A stretch of 64,000 bases of DNA, taken from the NCBI GenBank assembly GCA_043228905.1, contig JBHGNT010000008.1, positions 17,546,001 through 17,610,000 of the forward strand, in the 5' to 3' direction. A program made the position numbers and the translations under genes. Below the pieces are notes generated by a model. The model searched no databases, was not told the origin of the DNA, and was given only the letters and a program-made list of their open reading frames with translations. Below, piece by piece: positions 52,318 through 64,000 of the stretch (its first letter is position 1; each line of letters begins with the position of its first letter). Source of the stretch: Azolla caroliniana (lineage: Eukaryota > Plantae > Polypodiophyta).

Positions 52318-54282
52318 GCGTGGATCTCCTTAATGATTCCTAAACTTGGATACCATCAGGTTGTGCATGAGAAACATCATTGTAAGCAAATTCTTGCTGA
52401 AAATCATCATTTTGCACATCATTGTGTTGAGCATCATCATACTGACCAATAACAGTTTTGCATGACTGACCACATGTAGAAGCATCTACATCAATAAGAT
52501 TTTTATGTTTTACATCAACAGAAGGCACAATATCTTTAAACACAATCTTTCTCACTTCTACCTCCTTTACAGATTGTTTATGCATTTTGTTCTCATAAAA
52601 AACAACATCGCTACTTCTGACCACAATACGTGTGTCAGGGTCCCATAAGAGATGTCCAAACTGCCCATCAATTCTGTAACCAAGGAATATACATTTTTTG
52701 CATTTATAGTCCAATTTCTTTCTTAGAGTTTTTGGAATGTGTACATATGCTTTGCATCCAAAAACTCTAAGATGAGGATAATGAGGTGTCTTGCTTGTCC
52801 ACAACTCTTGTGCCACTTTTAGACCTATGGCTGTGTTCGATGATAGATTAATCACATGGATTGTTGTTAAAACAACTTTTGCCCAAAAACCTTGTGAGAG
52901 TTTTGCATGGTGTAACATAGAGACAACTTTGTCTTGAATGGTTCTATTCATCCTCTCAGCCACACCATTTTGGACAAGGGTGTAAGGAGCTATAAACTCT
53001 CTCCGAATGCCTCCAGACTTACAAAAGTCACCAAATGCGTGAGAGGTATACTCACCTCCATTGTTCGAACGTAAAGCCTTAAGCTTTATGTCCTTTTCCA
53101 ACTCAACCGAACTAAGTAATTTTCTGAAAGTAGGGTATACATCATCCTTTCACTTAATCGAATAAACACAAACTTTCCTAGTGGCATCATCAATAAAAGT
53201 AACAAAGTACAATACACCACCCAAAGATCTTGTGGGCATAAGTCCACAAACATCCGTGTGGACAAGGTCCAATGGTTTAGTGGATGAGTTAACACTGGTC
53301 TTATGTGCACTTTTGGTTTGTTTACCATGTTGGCAATGTTCACATAAGGCAAAATCAGAGAATGACAACTTAGGTAAGTGGCCATAATGAGATAGAATTT
53401 CCATGCCATTTCTTAACATGTGGCCTAAACAGCCATGCCAAATGCTCGTCATTGGTTGGTCTGTGATAGCCAACAAATGTTCTTTTTGATGAAGAAATAG
53501 GGTAGAGGGAACCTACTTTGTTCCCTTTTGCAACAATCATATTTCCTTTCGTTATACGAAAGGATTGGGAAGCAAATATCACTTTATATCCGTTGTCATC
53601 AAGTTGACCAATGAGCATTAGACCTCGAGTTAGTTGAGGAACATGGCGTACATCTTTAATGGTAAGATGAGAACCATCACTAAAGTGCATTGAGATATCT
53701 CCAATGCCAATCGCATCACATTGATGTGAGTCTCCAAGTCTAACTTTCCCAAGTGACTTGGCTTCATAACATGTGAACCACTCTCTATGTGGAGTCACAT
53801 GGAATGATGCACCAGAGTCCAACAACCACATATGTGATGGAGAAAAAACCATATTCACCCCAACATGTGTGATAATATCACCTAAGACCAAGGTGTCCGT
53901 TTCATCACATGTTGCATTTACTTCCTCTATTTCCACCGAGGAAGAGGGACCACGTGATTGTCTTCCATGCCCATCACCTTTGAATTTAGCATTACCTTTT
54001 TCCTTTTTTTTAGGGCATAACAATCTTTCTTGAGGTGTCCCTTTTTATGACAATAATGACACTCCATATTTTTCTTCCTAGATTTGCTTCTACCTCTATC
54101 ATTTCCACTACTATTTCTCATTTGGCTCCTACCACGATGTTGGTTCTTGCAAGAACCAACGTCATAAACATTATATGCATCTCCATTATGTTACATGTTG
54201 GTGAATATTAAAATGATTATGGTTAACATTTTGTAGTTTTTCCTCCCTATGTTGTTTTAGCTCTAAGATATACCTACCTAGT

Positions 54283-54744
54283 TGAAGAGAATAGCGCGGA
54301 ATATTGCTCGGGCACAATGAGTCTTGAATCACAGAAATGGGAAGTAGAGAGTACACAGAATATTTATGTGGAAAACCCTAATGGGAAAAACCACGGGAGC
54401 CCACAGGCTCCAAGCTATCACTATATATAGGAAAGATACAATCAGTGACTCGGAGGCAACGACCTCGTGCTCTGTATCTTTGCCAACAGGCGATTACAAC
54501 AGAGTATAACTCTATATCTCCTCTCTCTCTATACAACAGTTATACATACAACAATATGACAACAACTCATATAAAGTGATTGCCCTAAGTCATATTTATA
54601 CTTATATGAACTTAGGTCTATTTACAAATGTAGCCTCAATAGGCTTACTCAGAACATATTTACAAATATGTTTTCTCTTCTGGTTCTCACCGGGTCCTCT
54701 TCGTTCATAACCGGATCCCATCTGGAGGGACCGTCTTCCCAACA
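54283..54744 (-). mobile_element. Solo LTR, family A
   Basis: TGAAGAG...TTCCCAACA; flanks CTAGT/CTACT; same conserved blocks as 1868-2810. Confidence 0.75.
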
Positions 54745-55287
54745 CTACTCTCTTTATATCTGGGGTATCTAATAGTTTGGAGAGGGTCCTAATATGTCTT
54801 GGTATTTCACCCTTATCTCGGCATAAGTTGGACACTTGCATGTAAAATGATACTCGTTCTCTATCTCTATGTGACATAACCTACATAGCCTTTCCTCTCT
54901 AGGGACTCCATTAGTATGACCATTCTCAATCTCAAGTTTGTGAGATGATATCCTAAGTTGTCCAATGGCCACCCGTAGTGCATTTGTCAAGAATGTATCT
55001 AGATATTTTGGTCGTGTAATAAAACCTACCTTAGAGAAGTGCATGAAGTGTTCCTTATAGTACAACATTTTAGATGGGAGTGGCTCTCGTGGGGTGATCC
55101 ATTTATATCGTGTATAAATTTGCCATATTTCTTGGCGTATTACTTTATTATGGCCCTCATGAGAGATTAAAGTTTGATCAGTCCCATGGTTGTACTTAAG
55201 GGGAGGTAGGTTATTAATGTTTATGCCATTTGCAAGTAACCAACACACTACAATGCTATACCAAGAGCTACTATCTCAGGACTCATA

Positions 55288-55948
55288 TGTTAGGAAACAG
55301 GTCCCTCCGGATGGGAAGTGAGAAAAACAGTACGGATGAGCAAACTCGGTCGAGGCCAAAACTGGATGTGGAGTACCCGGCGACGGAAGACCTGGTGAGA
55401 ACCGGATGACAAGTACCCGGAAACGGAAGACCCGGTGAGAACCGGATGATGACTGCCTGGCAAGCGCTGGATGATGCAGGCCCGACGAGGAGTGCTCACC
55501 GGATGAAGGGACATATTAGTAAATATGTTTCTGAGAGTCCATCGGGACTATATTTGTAAATAGCCGAAAAGTCATTTTTTAGTATAAATATGACTTAGGG
55601 CAAACTTAGGATGTTGATGTTGTCATTCTTGTTGGTGCAAGATTAGAGTGTAACTGTGTACAGAGGAGAGAGAGAGGAAGAGGTCGTTGCCTCTGTTGTA
55701 ACCGCCGCCTGTGGCGAAGAAAGCAAGCTCGAGGTTGTTGCCTCGGTGCTTTACTATTGTACGTTGTGATATAGTGATAGTTTGCAGTTTGTGGGCTGTC
55801 GTGGTTTTTCCCTAGTTTGGGTTTTCCACGTTAACATCCTGTGTACTCTTCTCTCTATTGTGTCGTGCCTTAACTCCCGTTTTTTGTGTTTGATTCTAAG
55901 CTTGGTTGTGGCCGAGCGTTGTTCATCGAGAGCGTGTAGTTCCTGTCA
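55288..55948 (+). mobile_element. Solo LTR, family A, TSD TCATA
   Basis: TGTTAGGAAAC...CCTGTCA; TCATA at 55283-55287 and 55949-55953; TATAAATA at ~55583. Confidence 0.85.
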
Positions 55949-56048
55949 TCATATAGGGATCGGAATGCCTCAAAAGCTCGACGGGATATCCTATCTTGTG
56001 GTTGGCTATGTATCCTATGAATAAAAACTACCTATTGGAATAGTGCGT

Positions 56049-59000
56049 TGTCGTGGAGAAAACCGTCCCTGGGTGGAAACCGGGTATAACGTGTGTAAAC
56101 CAACCCTTACACGTGGGCACAAGTTTTGTTGTATAGTACGTAGGTAGGTACAAGTCGCTTGAGGCGAAATCCTAGGTAGTCCACATCCGGTAGGGGGGAA
56201 ATCGAGGTGTATCCCTGTCCGAAAGGACAGGGAATAAACATGATGTAACGGGTGGTAACGGCCTCCCTCCTTGGGCTATAAAAGAGAGGGAGAAGTGAGG
56301 TAAAAATATATCGACGTTTTGGGGGGAGAGAGGAAGAAGTGATGTCAGACTGGGACCGAGCTCTCTCCTCCATCATTTGTCCTTCTCTGCAGGATTTTGG
56401 ACTGTGTTGCCTCTGCTTCGTGGACAGCCTGTGTGCTTCCGGCAGAGGCTCCACAGTGCAGTCGGGGTTGTGTGCGAGTTCGCTTGGGTTGGGTCCGTCG
56501 CCGACTTGCCGGTTGTAATTGTTATTGATTTATAATTAAGACGTTGTTCTCTCTCTTTCGCCCTCTGTGTTTCTGCAAGCTGCTCTCTCCCCCTCTCTTC
56601 TTTCTCACGCTCCTTGGTTCAAGGCCCCCGTGGTCCCACCTCTTTCCACACGCAAAGAGCATAACAACTCAACATATTTGGTGAGCCCGACGTGAACAGG
56701 CGGCAAAGGAGTGAAGGATGAGGGGATCTGAGCTTGCTGAAGCTATGGCCGTAGCCGTCGACTGGTTAGTGAGCGCTCGCGAGGGAATGGGTGCCCTCGA
56801 CAGGGCCATTGAGTCGATCGTTGGCACCATAGGTCGATTCGGTGGGAAGAATGCCATGAGCTACTTGGAGGCCGACTGAGCCGAAATGATCATGAGGGAT
56901 ATCTCGGTGGACAGGCAACTGTCTGGATTCCCTGGGGTAGTGACGCCGAGCATCCACACAGAGGTGCTCGAGGTGCTGGCCGGATGCCGGAGGAGTTCGA
57001 GCTGCGGTAGTGACGCCGAGCATCCACGCTGGACCGGACCGTGCTCGACACAAGCCAAGTACTACTGTTCGTCAAGGCGGTGGACGCCATGGACCGGGAG
57101 AAGGTGGGTCTCCTGTTGGAAATGGACGAAGGGCTCACGACAGACTGGGCCATGGTAAGGAGGGTGTCTACGGTCGTTTCGACAAGCGGCGCGAGTGGAG
57201 CGATGAGGGCTCGTCGACGGCAAGGCTGGTCCCAGCAAGGGAGCTCGAGGAGCCGGTCTTGGTACCGGCTAGGAAGGAAGAAACGCGCAGTTGGCTTGAG
57301 ACGTGCTCAGCCCCGAGCGGAGTGGTCAAAGGTCCCTCCGGAGGCGCGGCTCTAGAAGAGTTGTCGCAGATGGTGCGAGATCTCCAAATCGCACAGGCCA
57401 GGAGGGACAACGGCAAACAGTCTCGTGACCGAAGGCCGCCGGCAGGGCAACGATGCATGTGGTGCGACGCGGTCGGCCACATACGGAAAGAATGGGCGGA
57501 TTTCGCAGAGGCACTCAGGACCAACGTGGTTTACCTCTGGAACGGGCAGGTGCATGTGAGCGAGACCCGGAAAACCCTAGAGTTGAATTCGGGGCGCGAT
57601 GGAATGAAGCGGTTGATGGAAGAGGCCGCGACACGACATGCAAAGTCCGTTAACTACTCGGCGTCGACGGGAATCCGGGTTGGGGGTGATGAGGCCCGGA
57701 AAGCGAAGGACTCCGGATTCTGGCCGCTGGTGCTAGAGGGTCTCCCTGGAATACGGCTGAAGAAGGAAGAGGAAGATCGCGCGGAACAACAGATCTGGGA
57801 GGTCACCGGATGGGACGACATGGTGGAAGAGAAGACTGGCTTCGTGGCAGCCGCATGCTAGAACTACGAGATTCTAGTAGAAGACAAGCGCGCGGGAAAG
57901 GCCCCTCGCAGTGGTACGAGACCCGGTTCGGACCGAAGCCGAATGAGACTGTCAACGCCGGCGCACCGGAAAAGAAGAAGCAGGCCGGTTTCCGGCTGAG
58001 CACCGAAATCGAACGAATGACGGACCTGGGGGAGGTCCTGGAAGAGAGAATTCTCGACAGCAAGGTCAAGCTGTCGTTACGGGAGGTGTTGGGGATCGCC
58101 AAGAAGGAGTTCCATGACTCCATCGTGGACTTGGTGAAGCGGAAGAGGCTCTTGACGGAACCGGAACCGGAGAGGCCGGTGGAAGTGCGGACGACGCACT
58201 TAGAAGACACGGCCCTAGAGGATGAGTTGGCAAAAAGCCACTATGCGAAACCGCATTGGGCTAGGGCCACTACGGAAACCCTTGTTCGGATCGGCGACGT
58301 CCAGGAGCCGATGGTGGCATTGGTAGACCACGGTTCGGAGATCAACCTGATGTCCATGGACTTCTATAAAAAGGGGAAATGGCCGATCAACACCAAGCAC
58401 GGGTGGAAGATACACATGGCGACGCGCTACAGAGGAGCTGCATGGTGCGTGCCCGAACGTACGCGTGAAGATCGGCGACGTAGAGATAGATCAACATTTC
58501 TTCATTCAACCTGATGTCCATGGACTTCTATAAAAAGGGGAAATGGCCGATCAACACCAAGCACGGGTGGAAGATACACATGGCGACGCGCTACAGAGGA
58601 GCTGCATGGTGCGTGCCCGAACGTACGCGTGAAGATCGGCGACGTAGAGATAGATCAACATTTCTTCGTGCAGGAGACTTCCTCGCACCCGGTAATTCTT
58701 GGCGAACCGTACATCACGACAGCACGCATGGAGACGAAAGTACTGGACAACGGTTCGGCGTATGCGCGCGTCAAGAGCCTAGATGGTTGGCATTCCGTCC
58801 AATTCATGACAGTGCGACCCAACCACGAGCGAAACCGCGAGACCCTCGCGGCGACAACTGAGGGGATTTTTAGAGAAGGCTATCAAGGCGTGGGGCCGCG
58901 ATAGTCTGGACGCCCCGGTAGAACCCCACACATGTATTATAGGTAGGAAATTTTGGCTCTCCGAAAGCGGAGGTTATACGTTAACCGACATCAGTAGCCA

Positions 59001-62000
59001 GGAGAGGAAGCGAGCAGAGAAGCGACTTAGGGTGTGTGGAGTCCTCTCCCCGACGAAGAAATTAGCGGCGCCGTGGAGGCGGTCTCTTTTGACGACACCT
59101 TGGGCGAATTACGAAAGGTGGTCGGTGAAGGCCTTAGCGAAGACTGGACCGTTCCGGTTAGCTCGATGGGAATGTACGAAGTCATCGTGGACTTCGGGGA
59201 GGGGATTGGGTCAGATCGAACGGCCCGCGTGGATACGAAGTATAAGACTGTGGACCGGAAGGTGAGGCCAGTTGCGGCACCCTTGCCAAAGGGCAGTGGA
59301 GAGCGGATAAAGGGGGTCGCGTCGGACCAAGTTTACGGAATCTAGCTGGCATAGGGCACTGGTTCACCGACATAACGCTATGGGAGCTTAAGGTTGGTGG
59401 TGGCTTTTTACTGCCGGAGGATGAGGACCGGTTTTGAAGGATGCTCGGAAGGCATGGGAAGGCCTTCGCGTTCTCGCCAGAGGAGATCGGATGTGTAGAC
59501 CCGACAATCGTCGAGCCAATGGTGATCTTCACGGTACCGCATGTGCTGTGGAATCTCAAACCGATTCCGGTACCCAGAGCTCACATCCCGATGTTGATGG
59601 AGCCATTGAAGCAGAAGGTGGAAATGGGCATCCTCTAACCGTCGAGTGCCCCATACTCGAATCGGTGGTTCACGGTGCCAAAGAAGAACGCCACGTTGCG
59701 ATTCATACAGGACCTGCAATCGGTCAACAAGGTGACCATCCGTAACGCAGGAATCGGGCCGACCATAGACGAGTTCACGGAGGCCTTCGCCGGAAGGTCG
59801 ATCTATTCGGTCAGTGACTTATACTTAGGGTACGACCAGTTCCAACTAGCCGTAGAGAGCAGGGACATCACGACAATGCGGACTTCTCTCGGCTTGCTGC
59901 GGATGTGTACCCTACCGCAAGGAGGAACGAAATTCGGTGGTGCACATGGTGAACGCAATGAACAAGGTGCTGAGGGACTGCATCCCAGACATCACTATGC
60001 CATTCCTAGACAACGTACCGATAAAAGGGTGTCCGGTGGAGGATGCAGACGAAATGGTCGGGCCGAACGGATGCCGGAGATTCGTCGTGAACCACATCAA
60101 CGACTGTGATAAGGTGCTGCAAAGGCTCGAGAGCGCGTGGCTCACCTTCTCCGGAGAGAAATCAGCGTTCGGGCAGACAGAGATCCTGGTAGTCGGACAC
60201 CTGTGCGGGCCCTATGGCCGGAAACCGTCCCCGACAAAGGTAGAAGCCATCTCCGTGATGAAGGACGATTGCGGGTCGGTTACGGAGGTCCGCAGATTCT
60301 TGGTTGCGTGCGCGTTCTACCACATCTGGATTCCGCACTACGCACATGTCGCGGAACCACTCTACGGGCTATTGAAGAAAGGGCGTAGGTTCGAGTGGAG
60401 GACGGAGCACACAGAGTCGGTCCGGAGACTGAAAGAGGCGCTTGCTGTGGCACCAACTCTCCGGAAAGCGGTTTACGGCAAGGAAGTCCCCATCTATGTG
60501 ACGGTGGACACGAGCCCGACCGGGATCGAGTGGGTGGTCACTCAGGAGGAAAAGGACGGCGTACGGTTCCTGATCCGGTTCGGAGCGAAGGTATTGAGCG
60601 AGCGGCAACGAGGATACACCCAAGTTAAGTGCGAGTTGTGGGGTATCGTTTCGGCAATCAAGGCTGACAAGGACTATCTGATCGGGACGGAAGTGATCAT
60701 CGAGACGGACTGCCTACCGATTCTGGGTATGGTCTCCGCATGCGCGACTCTGGACCTGGCGATGCTCAGGTGGATCGCGTACATCAAGTCCCTGAACCCG
60801 GAGATACGACACATCTCCAGGAAGGATAATGCCATGGCCGATATGCTTTCGAGGGCTCGGTTCAACGACGAGGACATCATGATTTCGGATAACGAGGAAG
60901 TCGGCGAGGATTTCTTCGGGTCAGCCAACGTAACAACAAGAAAGGGGAGCAGTCTGGCGCTTAACGAATTCGACGAAAGTAAGTACGACGGGGAGTGGCT
61001 CTAGATCGGCGGGTTCCTGAAGATAATGACACCGGACGCGGCATGGACGAAGGAAGAGACAAACCGGATTCGGAAGAAAGCGTACCGATTCTTCCTACGG
61101 GACGGGAGCATATGGAAGCACCCGAAGAAGAGAGATGGCATCCCGCTCTGAGTGGTGGCAAAGAAAGAGGAACAGGAAGAATTGCTAATGGCGTACCACG
61201 AGAGTCCCTGGGCCAGACACCGCGAGACGTGGGCCACATTCGAGAAGCTAAAGGGGAAGTAATGGTGGCCGGGACTATACCAGGACGTGCATTGGTTCGT
61301 GACGACTTGGGAAAGTTGTCAGGTGCACTCCATAGTCCGACATCGGGACGAGCTTCACCCGACCTACCCTCCGACCATCCACTTCAAGTGGATGGTGGAT
61401 TTGGTGATGATGTTGATGGGGGTAGGGCAGATGCGGTATCTGGTACTAGCTCGGGAGGACTTGACGAACCAAGTGGAAGGTCGAGCATTGCAGACCAAAA
61501 TGACCGCGGCCGTGTGCTGATTTCTGATCGAAGAAGTGTATGCCAGTACGGGTGCGTAGGTAAGACCAAAATGACCGCGGGGAATTGGACGCGCAAGAGG
61601 CGGAAGAGCTGTTTGACCGGCTAAGAATTAAACTCTCGCTCACCACGACGTACAATCCGGAGGCTAACGAGAAGGTGGAGCACGGACACGGGCCGATCGT
61701 CAAAGAGTTAGTACGGGCGTGTGGAGGCCATGTCGGGAACTGGTCGTGGCTCTTACCCTATGCGTTGTGGGCGGATCGAACTACGCACAACTCGGTAACC
61801 AGGTTCATGCCGGCAGAACTAATGTACGGGCAGAAGCCGATCATGCCAACGGAGCAGACAATCTCCTCATGGGCCACGGTGGACTGGAACAACGAGATGA
61901 GCCGGGAGGAGCTGTTAGCGGCACGGATTCGGCAGCTGGAACAAAGACCGGAAGACATGAACCGAGCCGCGGTGAAGCTATGGGCGGCGAGGGTAAAGAA

Positions 62001-62110
62001 CAAAGGACAATTCGATTGGACTCACCGACTGAGACCGAAGAAGATCGAGGAAGGCGACTAGGTTCTAGTGTATGACAACAGCCTCGACAACTAGCACCGG
62101 GCAACGCGGA
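56049..62110 (+). mobile_element. Ty3/Gypsy element, 3'-truncated: 5' LTR 56049-56674, PBS 56679-56696 (tRNA-Trp-like), gag-PR-RT-RH-IN degenerate
   Basis: TGTCGTGGAG...CTCAACA; TGGTGAGCCCGACGTGAA; CMWCDAVGH knuckle; ALVDHGSEINLM protease; LRFIQDL, GYDQFQL, TLPQG, PFLDN; VTVDTS..ETDC RNase H; YNPEANEKVE..LWADRTT integrase; domain order PR-RT-RH-IN. Confidence 0.92.
58342..58667 (+). repeat. ~162-bp tandem duplication within the Gypsy protease region
   Basis: 58342-58503 = 58506-58667; the peptide MSMDFYKKGKWPINTKHG appears twice. Confidence 0.9.
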
Positions 62111-62963
62111 AGTTACGGCAACCGGATTAGACTTCAACGCTTAATCCTACTTGGTTAAGTTACTTATTATGATCGTCTTTCATAACACACACGTAAGATA
62201 TAACAATTAAGACAGAACGGCAATTAACACAGAGAGATAACAACGCTTAAGCTTTCATTAATTAACCGCTAACTATTACATTGTATCCGGGCCTTTAAAT
62301 AGGTTTCCGGTCTGTATTACAAAACGGTGCCATCCGCACCTGTTCGGGATCGGTCCAGATCCGGAACGGCATATCGTTCCGGTCCGTCCGTCCACACTCA
62401 TAGCTTAATTACAACCACATTCCCACTACTTAAATAACTCTCCGTTTCCCACTCTGGACTCCTTTGCCGGCCGGTAACACTAGGCGAATACAATGCTCTT
62501 CGATATTACAACCGCCAAGCCAGTGAGCGACCACGCGCAAATACCCACACAGAGAGAGCACGCAGTGGAGCCTTTGCCGAAGCGCACGGGCTTCTCCCTC
62601 GAGCAGAGGCAACTGACCAAAACGTGCAGAGCTCAGTGAAGAAAAATGAGAAGAGTACTCGGTTCCCAGTCCGACCGCACTTCGTTCTCCCCCAAAACGC
62701 GATCCCCGTTTCAGCCTTCTCCCCTCTCTTTTATAGGCCGTCGGGGAGGGCTGTCACATCCTGATTACATCATCTTTATTCTTTGTCCCTTCGGACAGAG
62801 ATATGCATCGATTTCCTAGCTAACAAATGTGTACTACCTAGTATATTTACATCAGCCGACCTATCCCTAATTATGTACAACTTATCAATACTTGTGCCCG
62901 CGCGTAACGGCCGGTTCATGCCTTTTACATTGATTCCGCCTAAGGCCGGTTTTCTCCACGACA
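62111..62963 (-). mobile_element. LTR related to the 56049-56674 Gypsy LTR, in inverted orientation
   Basis: Reverse complement starts TGTCGTGGAGAAAACCG and shares the ATGATGTAA..CTATAAAAGAGAGGG block; purine tract GATGAAGGATGG immediately upstream on -. Confidence 0.7.
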
Positions 62964-63017
62964 CCATCCTTCATCGTTTTGACCACAACCACCTCTTGGG
63001 CAAGTGTCATAGAAATG

Positions 63018-64000
63018 TGTCATGCCTTTTGGCACTAGGTCATTGCGTGAGTCGGGTGGAAACCACTGAGGTTTTAGACTAGGAGGAGGAGGAATTTAAG
63101 ACGAATTTCGTTATGAATAGTTTGTAAGAGAGAGAGATAGAAAACTTGTGAATCCCATGAGTATAATGTATGTATTTTATTACTATCTAGAAACCCTAAT
63201 AATTTTCCCAAGAAGCAACCCAAATTTTCAAACCCCCATATTGCATTTTACTCCCATCCTTATATAGTGATGGGAGAGGCTAAGTATAGCTTACCACATG
63301 GCAATCATCATGTTTTTCTTTCTCCTCTAACTAAAGTGTTCATGCACACTAGATGTGCATGAGTAGCTTTTTCTATCATGCTTTTTCTTCTAATTTGCAC
63401 ACTAGGTGTGCATGAGTAGCTTTTTGTATCATGCTTTTTCTTCTAAAGTGTTTATATACACTAAATGTGCATGAGTAGGTACAATGGTAAGACTTCAAAT
63501 TATTAACATGGAGGTACATGGTTTAAATCTTGCCCTATGCATGTAACAACATTTTCACATTTTTCTCTCTTTTTTTCTTCATAGTTATTCAATCTAGTAC
63601 TCCGTACGTTTTTCACATAGTGTACGAAGTACACTACGACACTCACCCCATCCAAACCTGCACATCCTCTGTTATGTGCCGAAGTTGCTGGTTCTCGTTA
63701 TTCTCCTTCATCCGTAGTACCCTTCGTTTCTCCCACTATGTCAACTTTGTCTCTCCATTTTGAGCACGTCCATTCCTTCCACCCGAACCATTGTCGCCAT
63801 CCGATCCACCATATTCTTCGTTCACTCTTTGAATTGCCATGACCAGTTGGCATGGCTCCTTGTGCTCCCCTTTCATGTCTCGTGCATGTGCCACCTTCGT
63901 CTCAACCGACCAACCCATCATTTATTCTTGTTTTGTGCCTTCCTCCCCAAGGCCTTGTCTGAGAACCAATCTTGACTACCCTATGTAGTCCTTTTAAGTG
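63018..64000 (-). mobile_element. 3' LTR (63641-63018, family B) with PPT and 3' internal region of an LTR element running out of the window
   Basis: TGTCGTAGTG..GGCATGACA on -; PPT GGATGGGGTGAG adjacent; homologous to 51586-52317. Confidence 0.75.

Larger units (their letters stand above)
43837..54170 (-). mobile_element. Host Ty1/Copia element (5'-truncated; gag zinc knuckle, PR, IN, RT, RH, 3' LTR ~43837-44101) carrying two nested insertions
   Basis: CHYCHKKGHLKKDC, WLLDSGASFH, LDLVHTDVCG, QNGVAERMNRT, LYVDDML, KSTSEYIF, KHIGGRYHFIRE; removing 44651-50459 and 51586-52317 restores contiguous frames. Confidence 0.9.
54200..56048 (-). mobile_element. LINE 3' fragment interrupted by two solo LTRs
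   Basis: ORF 54769..55248 ends with LRISSHKLEIENG..RLCRLCHIEIENEYHFTCKCPTY; reading frame resumes at 55954-56048. Confidence 0.75.

Noticed and set aside
45767-62137. Numerous overlapping antisense and alternate-frame ORFs
   Set aside because: Shadow ORFs of GC-rich retrotransposon pol regions
63618-63641. Helitron 3' hairpin or CACTA terminus (TAGTG..CACTA)
   Set aside because: No CTAG end; TG..CA termini, an adjacent PPT and the TSD-flanked homologue at 51586 show it is an LTR end

Overview
AT-rich, repeat-dense land-plant nuclear DNA. The transposon content and microsatellite style suggest a non-seed plant such as a fern, but that is inference. There are three intact multi-exon genes: two tail-to-tail acid/triacylglycerol-lipase paralogues (20135-23149 +, 23961-27842 -) and a FIZZY-RELATED/CCS52 APC/C activator (31942-38642 -). 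A cluster of four intact U5 snRNA genes plus one deleted copy (9.4-15.0 kb) is invisible in the ORF track. All five copies carry a USE-TATA promoter with a 22-23 nt spacer, which resembles the angiosperm Pol III geometry although U5 is a Pol II gene; this is the most unusual signal. A truncated germin-like exon lies just upstream. The rest is transposon debris: several solo LTRs with readable TSDs, two hAT MITEs, LINE fragments, and a nested stack at 41.9-64 kb. The stack includes a Copia inside a Copia with an in-frame extension beyond RNase H, a tRNA-Trp-primed Gypsy, and an LTR family carrying a tRNA-like A/B-box module. Coordinates were read by eye and may be off by a few bases.
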